Shown piece by piece: positions 39,951 through 48,934 of a stretch of 50,521 nt of DNA. Source of the stretch: an archaeon (lineage in GTDB: Archaea; B1Sed10-29; WALL01); NCBI GenBank assembly GCA_042584585.1, contig JBHOSQ010000008.1:1-50521 (forward strand), written 5' to 3'. A program made the translations under genes and the position numbers. Position 1 is the stretch's first letter, and each line of letters opens with the position of its first letter. Below the pieces are notes generated by a model. That model did no database searches, was not told where the DNA came from, and saw nothing but the letters and a program-made list of their open reading frames with translations.

Positions 39951-41474
39951 ATGGCTTTCGAGTTCCTCGACCCTGTTATCAACCTATTACCGGAAGTGAA
40001 GAAACCGGCCCAAAAGCCGGAATTCAAGAAACGGATTATGTGGGTGGTCGCGGGCATACTCATCTTCTTTGTTCTCGGGCAAATCAGCCCGCTTGGCTTG
40101 CTGACCCCAGCGAAGCTTGAGGAAATACGTGCCGAAAACCCGGCGATGTACGCCCAGCTCGCGGAAGAAATGGAAGACGTGCTCGGAAGAGTAGGGTTTT
40201 TGGAACGAGTGCACACTATTTTGGCGTCAAAAATTGGGTCGCTTGCCACACTTGGAATTGGCCCGATTGTGATGTCGTCCATCATATTACAATTGTTAAC
40301 GGGAGCAGAATTGCTGAAGATAGACAAGGAAAGGTACCAGGGCGTGCAAAAGCTGTTCGCCATACTGTTCTGTTTCTTCGAGGCCGGGATATACGTGTTC
40401 AGCGGTTTCCTGCCGATTATGCCGAGCGCAGTGTCGCTTTTGCCGCTGCCACTCATAGGGGGACTGTTCAAACTTAATCACCTCCTAGTGTTAACTCAGA
40501 TTGCTTTCGGCTCAATCATATTGCTATACCTGGACGAAGTGATATCGAAATATGGCTTCGGGTCTGGGATTGGGCTGTTCATTGTGGCAGGCGTCTCGCA
40601 GTCAATCATTTTCAGGGCGTTTGACCCCGTCGCGGGGTTGGTGCCGACGTTCGTCACGCAAATGATTACCGCCGGAATAATGGACCTTGACTTGATAGCG
40701 CCATTGCTGTTCACGATTGTTGTGTTCCTCGTGGTCGTTTATGCCGAGGCGATGCGGATAGAAATACCGCTGACGCTTGGGAGGATACGTGGAGTGGGCG
40801 GGCGGTACCCGCTGAAGTTTTTCTATGTGTCGAACCTCCCGGTTATCCTGGCCGCGGCGCTGTTCGCGAACGTGCAGCTGTTCTCTAGCGTGCTGAACAA
40901 CCTGGGATTCCCATTACTGGGGACCTTCGGGCCAGGCGGCAACCCATTGCCAGAATTGGTCCTAAGCCTTAACCTCAGCGAATTAAGCTTCCCGATTGCG
41001 TATCTGGTGCAGGCGCCGTACGGAATAATCGGCACTTCATCCGCAATCAGCCAATACATACTCAACCCCACTTACACAGTGCTGGGGGTTATCCCGCTGG
41101 AGCTCGTGCACTTGTTTCTGTACTCCATAATCCTAGTCGGAGTGTGTGTGATGTTCGGGATGTTCTGGGTTGAAACCACCGGCATGGGCTCGTCCCAGGT
41201 CGCGGAACAGCTCCAGGGCGTCGGGTTCTCCGTTCCCGGGTTCCGCCGGGACAAGAGAGTCATCGAACGTGTACTGGATAGGTACATACCAATAATTACT
41301 ATACTGGGAGCCGGATCAGTGGGACTCCTCGCTGCATTCGCCGACATTACAGGCGCGCTGGGAACAGGGACAGGCATACTGCTGAGCGTTGGCATACTGT
41401 ACAGGCTGTACGAAGAGCTTGCGCAGAGCCAGCTCATGGATATGCATCCCGCGCTAAAACAATTCTTCGGGTGA
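39951..41474 (+). CDS. secY: Preprotein translocase SecY
   Basis: LGIGPIV, GSGIGLFI, YVSNLPVIL, PGFRRD, GTGILL. Confidence 0.97.
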   Translation: MAFEFLDPVINLLPEVKKPAQKPEFKKRIMWVVAGILIFFVLGQISPLGLLTPAKLEEIRAENPAMYAQLAEEMEDVLGRVGFLERVHTILASKIGSLATLGIGPIVMSSIILQLLTGAELLKIDKERYQGVQKLFAILFCFFEAGIYVFSGFLPIMPSAVSLLPLPLIGGLFKLNHLLVLTQIAFGSIILLYLDEVISKYGFGSGIGLFIVAGVSQSIIFRAFDPVAGLVPTFVTQMITAGIMDLDLIAPLLFTIVVFLVVVYAEAMRIEIPLTLGRIRGVGGRYPLKFFYVSNLPVILAAALFANVQLFSSVLNNLGFPLLGTFGPGGNPLPELVLSLNLSELSFPIAYLVQAPYGIIGTSSAISQYILNPTYTVLGVIPLELVHLFLYSIILVGVCVMFGMFWVETTGMGSSQVAEQLQGVGFSVPGFRRDKRVIERVLDRYIPIITILGAGSVGLLAAFADITGALGTGTGILLSVGILYRLYEELAQSQLMDMHPALKQFFG

Positions 41475-41989
41475 AAAAAAATATGATTATGGAAATATTG
41501 GGAGCCAAGCTGTTTTATCCTACGGTTGTATTGACAGTGACAGGCGTTGCCGTTGGCATCACGCTGTTTTCGTCGCTCATGCACAGGCGGTCCGGCAGCA
41601 GAAAGCAGATGGACGCCGTGCGGGAGCGCATGGAAAAACACCAGAAAGAATACCTGAAGGCGACCGAGGCGAAGGACAAAAAACTGCTCGCGAAGCTCGA
41701 CAGGGAACAGGCAGAGATAATGGGCGAAGTCAAGAAGAACATGACCGCCTCGCTCAAGCCCACCCTGATGACGATGCCGGTCGTGCTGATACTGATTTGG
41801 CTGATGGGAAGCTGGTTTGGAGAGCTCGGCCCCATCCTGGAGCTCCCGATTGGGATTCCGTTCCTCACCCAGGCGGTCGAGGAAGCAGGCATAATAAACG
41901 GGGTTGACTGGTTCGGCCTCTACCTCGTGAGCGCCATTGGCACCGCACTCTTCCTCGAGGTCGTGCTGCGCAAACTGCTCAAGATGTGA
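41471..41989 (+). CDS. DUF106 / EMC3-TMCO1-like (Oxa1 superfamily) membrane protein
   Basis: TM, coiled coil, KPTL..P, WFGLY; conserved position after secY. Confidence 0.85.
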   Translation: MKKNMIMEILGAKLFYPTVVLTVTGVAVGITLFSSLMHRRSGSRKQMDAVRERMEKHQKEYLKATEAKDKKLLAKLDREQAEIMGEVKKNMTASLKPTLMTMPVVLILIWLMGSWFGELGPILELPIGIPFLTQAVEEAGIINGVDWFGLYLVSAIGTALFLEVVLRKLLKM

Positions 41990-41995
41990 GAAAAA

Positions 41996-42565
41996 ATGAT
42001 TATAGTCATTGCCAGCCAACACGGAGCCGGCAAGTCGACTGTAACCGAACTTCTGTCACAGCACTTCTCATGGCTGCGGACGCTTGACATGGGAGAAAAA
42101 TTCCGGGCGCTCGCCAAAGACAAAGGCCTGAGCATCGAAGAGTTCACGCGGCTCCTCACGGAAAAGCCGGAGGAAAGCGACCGTATTGACCGCGAGATGG
42201 ACGACTGGCAGAAAAAAGAAATCGCCAAGGGCGATATCATAGTCAATAGCAGCGTCGGGGCAATGCTCACCGAAGACGCTGACCTCAAAGTGCTTTTGAC
42301 GTGCCCGCTTAACATCCGGGCGAAGCGCGTGTTCGAGGGCAAGAGCCGCCTCGGCGACTCGAGCTTCACAAGCGTGGCGGAAGTCGAGAACGACCTTGTC
42401 GAGCGGGACCGCAACGACCAAGAACGGTACAAGCGGCTGTACAACTTCGACATGTTCGACACTGACAACTACGACGTTGTGATTGACACAGGCGAAATGA
42501 CTAAAAAAGAGGCCGTCCAAAAAGTAATGGACGAGCTCAAGAGGAGGAATCCAAATGCTTTTTGA
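41996..42565 (+). CDS. cmk: Cytidylate kinase (archaeal type)
   Basis: GAGKST P-loop, GEKFRALA, RYKRLY, YDVVIDT. Confidence 0.88.
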   Translation: MIIVIASQHGAGKSTVTELLSQHFSWLRTLDMGEKFRALAKDKGLSIEEFTRLLTEKPEESDRIDREMDDWQKKEIAKGDIIVNSSVGAMLTEDADLKVLLTCPLNIRAKRVFEGKSRLGDSSFTSVAEVENDLVERDRNDQERYKRLYNFDMFDTDNYDVVIDTGEMTKKEAVQKVMDELKRRNPNAF

Positions 42566-42770
42566 TGTAGGAAGGGTCTGTGAAAAGACCGCTGGAAAGG
42601 AAAGGGGCATGAAGTGCGTAATCGTTGACGTAATCGACCAAAACTTTGTTTTGGTGGATGGCGAAGTCAAGAGAAAGCGGGTCAACGTGAACCACCTGAA
42701 GCCACTGGACGAAGTAGTCAAGATAAAGAAAGGCGCCAAGACCGAAGAGGTCAAAGCGGCGTTGAAATGA
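42555..42770 (+). CDS. rpl14e: Ribosomal protein eL14
   Basis: GRVCEKTAG, VDVIDQNFVLVDG, VNVNHL. Confidence 0.95.
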   Translation: MLFDVGRVCEKTAGKERGMKCVIVDVIDQNFVLVDGEVKRKRVNVNHLKPLDEVVKIKKGAKTEEVKAALK

Positions 42771-43642
42771 TTGTACTTAGGAAAGAAAAAGCCGCCCATG
42801 CCGAAGCGGCGCGAGGCGGCTTCCTGATTCTCGACAAGCCCGCGGGCCCCAGCTCGCACGAAGTAACTGCGTGGGTAAAAAAGCTTTACGGCGAGAAGGC
42901 CGGGCACTCCGGGACACTGGACCCGTTCGCGATTGGGGTGCTTGTTGTTGCCGTTGGCAAAGCGGTGAAGCTGCTGCAGGTACTGGCCAAAAGCGACAAA
43001 GAGTACATCGGCGTCGCTCGATTCTCTGGAAAGCCCGATGAAAAGCAGCTTTCCATGGCGTTCAAGGAGTTCACTGGCGAGATTTACCAGACGCCGCCCA
43101 AGGAAAGCGCTGTGCGAAAAGTGCTCCGCGCCCGGAACATCCACTCGCTGGAACTGCTGGAAATCGAGGGGGACTATGTGTTGTTCAAGGTCAAATGCCA
43201 GCACGGCACTTATGTGCGGACGCTGGTGAAGGACATCGGCGAAGTCATTGGAAACGCGGCGAAGCTCGTTGAGCTGCGGCGCACACGCGCCGGGTCGTTC
43301 GGCGAAGACGAGGCCGTTTTCCTCCAGGATGTTGCAGACGCGAACAACAAGCTCGGGGTACTCCAGCCAATGGAGGCACTGCCAATCAAAAAAATCGTGG
43401 TCGGAAACAAGGCTGTCAATGCATTGGCTTATGGCGCGAGGCTTGCCCGGCCTGGGGTGGCCGCACTGGACGAAGGCATCGAAAAGGGCGAGACCGTGAT
43501 GCTGCTTACTTCGGGGGGGCAATTAATCGGAATTGCGAGGGCCGAAATGGCGTCTGACGAGATTGCCGCGGCAAAAACGGGGTTTGTCGCGAGCCCGTTG
43601 AGGATAATCATGGGACGGGACTTGTTCCCGAAGTGGAAATGA
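42767..43642 (+). CDS. cbf5: H/ACA RNA-guided pseudouridine synthase Cbf5
   Basis: DKPAGPSSHEV, GHSGTLDP, GTYVRTL, ELRRTR, C-terminal PUA domain. Confidence 0.95.
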   Translation: MIVLRKEKAAHAEAARGGFLILDKPAGPSSHEVTAWVKKLYGEKAGHSGTLDPFAIGVLVVAVGKAVKLLQVLAKSDKEYIGVARFSGKPDEKQLSMAFKEFTGEIYQTPPKESAVRKVLRARNIHSLELLEIEGDYVLFKVKCQHGTYVRTLVKDIGEVIGNAAKLVELRRTRAGSFGEDEAVFLQDVADANNKLGVLQPMEALPIKKIVVGNKAVNALAYGARLARPGVAALDEGIEKGETVMLLTSGGQLIGIARAEMASDEIAAAKTGFVASPLRIIMGRDLFPKWK

Positions 43643-44238
43643 CAGAGCATTATTACTCAAAGAAGCAGACCAGCAAATTGGTCAAGCGCGAGTGGGCTGT
43701 TGAAGTCAACGGCCGGCGCCTCGTGTTCGAAACGGCGAGCGGCACGTTTTCCCCTCGGAAGCTGGACATCGGGACCGCAGCGATGATTAAGTACATGGCG
43801 CCTCCAGAGGACGGAAAAGTTTTGGACCTTGGGTGCGGCAACGGAGTGATTGGAATAGTGGTGGCTGCCGAAAACCCGCGTCTGGAAGTGGTTTTGAGCG
43901 ACGTGAATTCCCGCGCGGTGATGAAGAGCAAGGCTAACATCCGGCGGAACAAGCTCAAGAACGCGAAAGTGGTCCAGAGCGACTTGTTCGCAAAGCTCAC
44001 TGGCGGGTTTGACTGTATACTGTCGAATCCCCCGATCTCGGCCGGGAGGAAAGTGGTGTTTGCGATGGTCGAGGAAAGCTTTGGCCATCTCAATCTCGGT
44101 GGCTCTTTGCAGATGGTGGCGCGGAAGACGAAGGGCGGCGAAATGCTGGCGAAAGAGATGGAGCGCGTTTTCGGGAACGTGGAGGACATTGGCCGCAAAT
44201 CAGGGTTTCATGTTTATAAATCAGTAAAGGCAGAATAG
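43639..44238 (+). CDS. Class I SAM-dependent methyltransferase (MTS/RsmC-like)
   Basis: HYYS, GTFS..LDIGT, LDLGCGNG, SNPP. Confidence 0.9.
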   Translation: MTEHYYSKKQTSKLVKREWAVEVNGRRLVFETASGTFSPRKLDIGTAAMIKYMAPPEDGKVLDLGCGNGVIGIVVAAENPRLEVVLSDVNSRAVMKSKANIRRNKLKNAKVVQSDLFAKLTGGFDCILSNPPISAGRKVVFAMVEESFGHLNLGGSLQMVARKTKGGEMLAKEMERVFGNVEDIGRKSGFHVYKSVKAE

Positions 44239-44247
44239 GCGCGGCAT

Positions 44248-44335
44248 GCCTATTTGCGGGAGCTCGGCTCCCGCTTTAGTCTAACGTGCCATAACGTGAA
44301 TCCCGCAGGATTCTCGTTTGAGCTGAGTTTCAGCT
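44248..44335 (+). repeat. Modular palindromic element E7, abutting tRNA-Ser 5' end
   Basis: GCCTAT-GCGGGAGC/GCTCCCGC-TTAGTCTAACGTGCC-[AACGTGAATCC/GGATTCTCGTT]-AGCTGAGTTTCAGCT. Confidence 0.88.
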
Positions 44336-44419
44336 GCTGGGGTGGCGCAATCCGGTACCGCGCAAGCCTGGAAAGCTTGTTTCCTTCGGGATATGTGAGT
44401 TCAAATCTCACCCCCAGCG
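44336..44419 (+). tRNA. tRNA-Ser(GGA)
   Basis: GCTGGGG/CCCCAGC acceptor, G73; CAAGC-CTGGAAA-GCTTG; variable arm. Confidence 0.95.
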
Positions 44420-44503
44420 CTCAACCCTTTTTCTGCTAGAGCCACACTCGTTTGCCCACTCGGTGGCTCATCGGCGGAAAAGCGTTGATGGAAAATGGCG
44501 TCT

Positions 44504-44590
44504 GTCTCTGGGGGCCTTGTGCCCCCCGTTGCCCGACGTTGACCCAAGTCAACGTCCAGTCCCGACGTGCCAGCTTAGTTCAAGCTGCTG
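44504..44590 (+). repeat. Modular palindromic element E8 (full three-hairpin copy)
   Basis: GTCTCT-GGGGGC/GCCCCC-GACGTTGAC/GTCAACGTC-CAGTCCCGACGTGCC-AGCTTAGTTCAAGCT-GCTG. Confidence 0.92.
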
Positions 44591-44661
44591 TTCACTCCTG
44601 TTCATGCGTGTACTATGAGTCCTTTATATACCGTTCATAACGCAGTTATTCATAAGGTGAT

Positions 44662-45522
44662 ATGCTCATGAACAAAATTTTGCTCATGCTCGTGCTGGGG
44701 ATGTTTGTCGTCTCCCTCGCGGGCACAGGAATGGCTGTGAAGCCAGAAACACTGGGGGATGACGCCGTTGACGCGGCCGACGCAGTAGACGGCCTCAACA
44801 CATCGTTGAGGGGAAAACCCGAAAAAGCAGGCAACGGCAAGCCTGAGACCAACGACACCACGGTCAGGGGAAAGCCCGAGACCAACGACACCACTGTCAA
44901 AGGAAAGCCCGAGACCAATAAGACATTGAGGCTTAATCAAGGCAGGCTCATTTCGACTGTCACTAAAGTGAGGCAGGAACAGTTCAGGCTGACAAAGGAG
45001 AACCTGAAAGTGATTGGGTACAAGGGAAGCATGTCCGACTTTGCTACCTCATACAACGTCGCGATGAACCGGCTCAAGACACGCATCCGCGAGAGGATGC
45101 AGGACGAGTCCAACTTCACTCGAGCAGTCGTGAGGAACCTCATGGAGAGGGAGCTCGCGCAGATTCGCGAGAGGCTGATGGTAAACAGGACCGTGACCGA
45201 CGAAGAAGTCGTTGGCGGAATCGGTGTGCTGGCCTCGAACGAGACCATAAACCCCGAGGAAACAGATGCGCCAACCCCCGAGGAAGTCCAGGAAGCGGTG
45301 GAAGAAGAGCTTGAGTACATGGACGAAGACTTCAAGGAAAAGCTCGTGCTCGTGGCAGAAGTCGGCACCCCCGAAGAGCAGGAAGAGCTCGCCGAGCAGC
45401 TTGAGGACTTCACTGAAGCCCAGGACGAAGAAGTAGAGCCAATCGAGTTCGACGCTGAGGAAGTGCGGGAAGGCCTTGAGGAAGAGGAAGGCCCGTACGA
45501 CGGCGTTGAAGAACAGGAATAA
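44662..45522 (+). CDS. Secreted protein with GKPETNDTTV repeats and acidic C-terminus
   Basis: Signal peptide; 33-nt tandem units at 44836-44919; several N-x-T/S sequons; AGGTGA RBS and TTTATATA box. Confidence 0.8.
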   Translation: MLMNKILLMLVLGMFVVSLAGTGMAVKPETLGDDAVDAADAVDGLNTSLRGKPEKAGNGKPETNDTTVRGKPETNDTTVKGKPETNKTLRLNQGRLISTVTKVRQEQFRLTKENLKVIGYKGSMSDFATSYNVAMNRLKTRIRERMQDESNFTRAVVRNLMERELAQIRERLMVNRTVTDEEVVGGIGVLASNETINPEETDAPTPEEVQEAVEEELEYMDEDFKEKLVLVAEVGTPEEQEELAEQLEDFTEAQDEEVEPIEFDAEEVREGLEEEEGPYDGVEEQE

Positions 45523-45532
45523 ATAGTAGCTC

Positions 45533-46390
45533 ATGCCCAAAGGAGATATGATTAGCATGAAAACAGCGCTCGCTTTAATCCTGTTGCTGGCAACGGCTTT
45601 TGCCGTGTCGTCAAGCTATAACGTTGTCGTTGCGGAGAACGGCAACACATGGGCAGCCATCACCTTGGCCGGCCAGGGGACTGTAAACGTCCCCCTACCT
45701 ATTGACGCGGAGCCACAGGTAAGCGGCGCGCTGTACGTCAACACCGTGAACGGCATTGACGTGACGGTGGGGTCGAGCGGGGCGGCCAACATAGTGTTCC
45801 AGTCGTCCACCATGACCGAAAAGACCAACGGGGACTGGGGCCTTGCTCTAGACCTTCCAAGTGCGGACACTAATTCTGTGACTGTTTCTCTGCCGGGCAA
45901 CACGGCAGTCAGTGGCACAACCCCCAGCGCAGAAATCGCGCCAGTAAGCGGCTCGAAAAACATTGTGTGGAACAGCGCGGCAGGAAGCGTGAGTGTTGAG
46001 TATTCGTTCACCGCGGCTAACGGGGCAGTGGCCAACGGAGCCGAGGATAATGGAGCCCCCGTTCCGCAGGCGGACTACACTTGGCTGATTGGATTGGTTG
46101 TTGTCGTTGTTTTGGCGGCGGCAGGGTTTTTCTACCTTAAAAAAAAAGGCGGTCTGACTGAGGGGCAGAAAAACGTTTTGAAGACCCTTAGTGACAACGA
46201 AAAAAAAGTCATGGATTTTGTGGTGAACAACAGGGGAATCAAGCGGAACGTGCTTGAGAGGGAAAGCGGGCTCGCCAAGTCCAGTTTGGCTACAACGCTG
46301 GCCCAGCTCGAGAAAAAGAAGCTCGTGGCCGTGAAGCGAGAAGCCACTGTGCACTACGTGGACGTGACGGACTGGTTTAAATCCCTTTAA
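45533..46390 (+). CDS. Membrane-tethered winged-HTH regulator (extracellular domain-TM-cytoplasmic HTH); true start may be 45548 or 45557
   Basis: Signal peptide, beta-rich domain, TM, LSDNEKKV..GLAKSSLATTLAQLEKKKLV. Confidence 0.82.
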   Translation: MPKGDMISMKTALALILLLATAFAVSSSYNVVVAENGNTWAAITLAGQGTVNVPLPIDAEPQVSGALYVNTVNGIDVTVGSSGAANIVFQSSTMTEKTNGDWGLALDLPSADTNSVTVSLPGNTAVSGTTPSAEIAPVSGSKNIVWNSAAGSVSVEYSFTAANGAVANGAEDNGAPVPQADYTWLIGLVVVVVLAAAGFFYLKKKGGLTEGQKNVLKTLSDNEKKVMDFVVNNRGIKRNVLERESGLAKSSLATTLAQLEKKKLVAVKREATVHYVDVTDWFKSL

Positions 46391-46399
46391 ACCCGGGCA

Positions 46400-46413
46400 G
46401 AAACCTTTATAAA
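46400..46413 (+). promoter_or_regulatory. BRE/TATA promoter of the uS13 operon
   Basis: GAAACCTTTATAAA. Confidence 0.78.
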
Positions 46414-46521
46414 TAGACCCATTCAGAATAATGGCACCAAGGGCGAGCCACTATGGTATTGACCCCGGGAGTACTACTTCTGGAGTTTAGAAGCCCTATT
46501 GTCAATAATCGGTGAATTCAC

Positions 46522-47004
46522 ATGGCAGAAGAAGAGCTTAGGCATATTGTCCGCATCGCTGGAAAAGACATAAAGGGAGGCCTGCCGATGAGCATGGCGC
46601 TTACGCACGTCAAGGGCGTGAGTACTGCGTTGGCCAACGCGATAGCCAAGCAAGCATCAGAAGCGCTTGGTGTCGACGAAAAAATCCAGTTGGGAATGCT
46701 CGACGAAAAACAAATCGAAGTAATCGAAAAAATCCTGCTTGAGCCCTCAAAACACGGCATACCTATTTGGATGCTTAACCGAAGGAAGGAGCCCGTCAAG
46801 GGCGGGGACACTCATTTGACCGGCCACGAGCTCGACTTCGCCGTCAAGGGCGACATCGACAAGGAAAAGAAGCTCAGGAGCTACCGTGGCGTCAGGCACT
46901 CACAAGGACTTACTGTTCGCGGCCAGCGCACCCGCACAAGTGGGCGCAAGGGCCAGACCGTTGGAGTCAAGAGAAAGAAGGGCACCAAGGGATCAGGGAA
47001 GTGA
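46522..47004 (+). CDS. rpsM: Ribosomal protein uS13
   Basis: IVRIAG, WMLNRR, SYRGVRH..GLTVRGQRTR. Confidence 0.97.
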   Translation: MAEEELRHIVRIAGKDIKGGLPMSMALTHVKGVSTALANAIAKQASEALGVDEKIQLGMLDEKQIEVIEKILLEPSKHGIPIWMLNRRKEPVKGGDTHLTGHELDFAVKGDIDKEKKLRSYRGVRHSQGLTVRGQRTRTSGRKGQTVGVKRKKGTKGSGK

Positions 47005-47009
47005 TTTGA

Positions 47010-47636
47010 ATGGGAGACCCAAGAAAGCCAAGGAAAACGTACTCAACCCCGAGCCACCCCTATGAAAAGGACCGGATCGAGGAAGAAAACAAGCTCATCA
47101 AGGACTACGGCTTGAAAAACAAGCGGGAAATCTGGAAGGCTGAGACCCAAGTGAGGAAGTACAGGACAGTGGCACGTAACCTGCAGGCAGACCCCAGCGA
47201 CTCAGCCAAGGGCAAGCAGCAGGAGCTCTTGACCAAGCTCACGTCCATCAAGCTTGTTGGGGACGGCGCGACGCTCGACGACGTGCTGGGCCTGACAGTC
47301 ACCGACTTTTTGGAGCGCAGGCTGCAGACCCTCGTGTTCAAGAAAGGCTTGGCCACCACACCAAAGCAGGCCAGGCAATTCATTGTCCACGGAATAATCT
47401 CCGTGGCAAACAGGAAAGTCACGATTCCCGGCTACGTGGTCAAGACCACGGAAGAAGGAACAATCGGGTACTACGGGAAAGCCCCGGAGCTTAGGCCGCC
47501 CGAAGCGGCAGTTGTCGCCGCGGCGCCAACCGAAAAAGCCCCGGAAACCAAGCCCAGCGTTCCCGTCCCGGAGACGAAGCCGAGTGTGCCCGTCCCGGAA
47601 AAAAAGCCAACCGTCCCCAAGGAGGGGTCTAAATGA
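47010..47636 (+). CDS. rpsD: Ribosomal protein uS4 with Pro-rich repeat tail
   Basis: [31 protein letters not shown]. Confidence 0.96.
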   Translation: MGDPRKPRKTYSTPSHPYEKDRIEEENKLIKDYGLKNKREIWKAETQVRKYRTVARNLQADPSDSAKGKQQELLTKLTSIKLVGDGATLDDVLGLTVTDFLERRLQTLVFKKGLATTPKQARQFIVHGIISVANRKVTIPGYVVKTTEEGTIGYYGKAPELRPPEAAVVAAAPTEKAPETKPSVPVPETKPSVPVPEKKPTVPKEGSK

Positions 47637-48019
47637 GTGAGAAATGGGGAATAGCACACGTTTACGCGTCAATGAACAACACAATCATCACGATTACTGA
47701 CATGACTGGCGCAGAAACCATCGCCAAGTGCACAGGCGGCATGGTAGTCGACTCCGGCTCCAAGCAGTCCTCGCCGTACGCGGCAATGGCAGCGGCGCAG
47801 AAGGTCGCTGAGACCGCCATCGGCAAAGGAATCAGTGGCGTGCACGTCAAGATACGTGCGCCCGGTGGAAATAGGTCCAGGCACCCCGGTCCAGGGGCGC
47901 AAGCGGTTGTGCGGGCATTGACCCGTGCTGGGCTGCGCATCGGCCGCATCGAAGACGTCACCCCAATCCCCCACGACGGCACAAAGTCCAAGGGCGGCAA
48001 GAGGGGGCGAAGAGTATGA
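47633..48019 (+). CDS. rpsK: Ribosomal protein uS11
   Basis: [33 protein letters not shown]. Confidence 0.97.
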   Translation: MSEKWGIAHVYASMNNTIITITDMTGAETIAKCTGGMVVDSGSKQSSPYAAMAAAQKVAETAIGKGISGVHVKIRAPGGNRSRHPGPGAQAVVRALTRAGLRIGRIEDVTPIPHDGTKSKGGKRGRRV

Positions 48020-48783
48020 ACGCGAAAGTCCTTTCACACGACAGCACGGCAGCCGTGCTGCTGCTCGAAAAGACCGAACCTGCAGTCGCCAACGCGCTGC
48101 GGAGGGTAGTCCTCGGAGAAATCCCAATCATAGGTGTGCGGGACATCACGTTCTACGAAAACACTTCAGTCATGCCCGACGAGTACGTCGCGCACAGGCT
48201 GGCTTTGGTGCCATTGAAGACCGACGCCAAGGCATACAAGAGCCCGGACAACTGCTGCGGAGGCAACTGCTCGTCGTGCAGCGTGGACTTGACCATTGAC
48301 GAAGCTGGACCCAAAGTCATCAACTCTTCTGACATCAAGACGAGTGACGCCAAAATCAAGCCAGTAAGCGGCAAAATCCCGATTATCGAGCTGATGCCCG
48401 GCCAAAGGCTCCGGCTTGAGGCCAAGGCAGTGCTTGGGCAGGGCGAAGCACACGCCAAGTGGCAGGCAGGCGTCGCTGGGTACAAGTACGTGCCCATCGT
48501 AAAGGCAGACTACAGGAAAATCAAGGACGTTAAGGCAGTGGCTGCCGCGTGCCCCAACGGTGCGCTGAAGGTCAAGGGTGGAAAGCTCGAGATTGACCCG
48601 GTGAAGTGCAAGCACTCCGAAGAATGCGTCAAGGCTGCGGGCGAAGGCCTCGAGATTGACTTCGACCGAACAAGCTTCATATTCCGTGTTGAAACCAACG
48701 GACAAGTGACTGCGAAGGACGCACTCCTTCAATGCATAAAGATAGTGGAGGACAGGCTTACAAGCATGCAGTCACAATTGTAA
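48016..48783 (+). CDS. rpoD: RNA polymerase subunit D (Rpo3)
   Basis: ANALRR, NTSV..DE..AHRL.LVPL, HAKWQ, FRVETNG. Confidence 0.96.
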   Translation: MNAKVLSHDSTAAVLLLEKTEPAVANALRRVVLGEIPIIGVRDITFYENTSVMPDEYVAHRLALVPLKTDAKAYKSPDNCCGGNCSSCSVDLTIDEAGPKVINSSDIKTSDAKIKPVSGKIPIIELMPGQRLRLEAKAVLGQGEAHAKWQAGVAGYKYVPIVKADYRKIKDVKAVAAACPNGALKVKGGKLEIDPVKCKHSEECVKAAGEGLEIDFDRTSFIFRVETNGQVTAKDALLQCIKIVEDRLTSMQSQL

Positions 48784-48790
48784 AGGCAGC

Positions 48791-48874
48791 GCGGGGGTGC
48801 CGGAGTGGACAAACGGGCTAGGTTGAGGGCCTAGTGGCTTAGTGCCTTCGCGTGTTCGAATCACGTCTCCCGCA
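48791..48874 (+). tRNA. tRNA-Leu(GAG)
   Basis: GCGGGGG/CTCCCGC acceptor; CTAGG-TTGAGGG-CCTAG; variable arm. Confidence 0.95.
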
Positions 48875-48934
48875 TACCTAAACACCTACGAGTAACAGCC
48901 GCTTGCGCGGGTGTTGCGGAAGGAGGTAATAGAC

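Noticed and set aside
42068-43522. Long antisense ORFs (e.g. 484 aa here, 363 aa at 32411-33502, 356 aa at 22910-23980)
   Set aside because: Shadows of conserved plus-strand genes in GC-rich, codon-biased DNA; no recognisable motifs.
44504-44590. Repeat family as a CRISPR array or known ribozyme (hammerhead, twister, HDV/theta)
   Set aside because: Copies are dispersed with no spacers or cas genes. I could not fit the CUGANGA/GAAA core or the required pseudoknots by eye; an Infernal search would be needed to exclude this fully.
48892-48917. Hairpin between tRNA-Leu and eL18; also CCCCCC/GGGGGG after tRNA-Pro at about 50436-50463
   Set aside because: Single hairpins without repeat or covariation support; cannot be told apart from ordinary processing or terminator stems.
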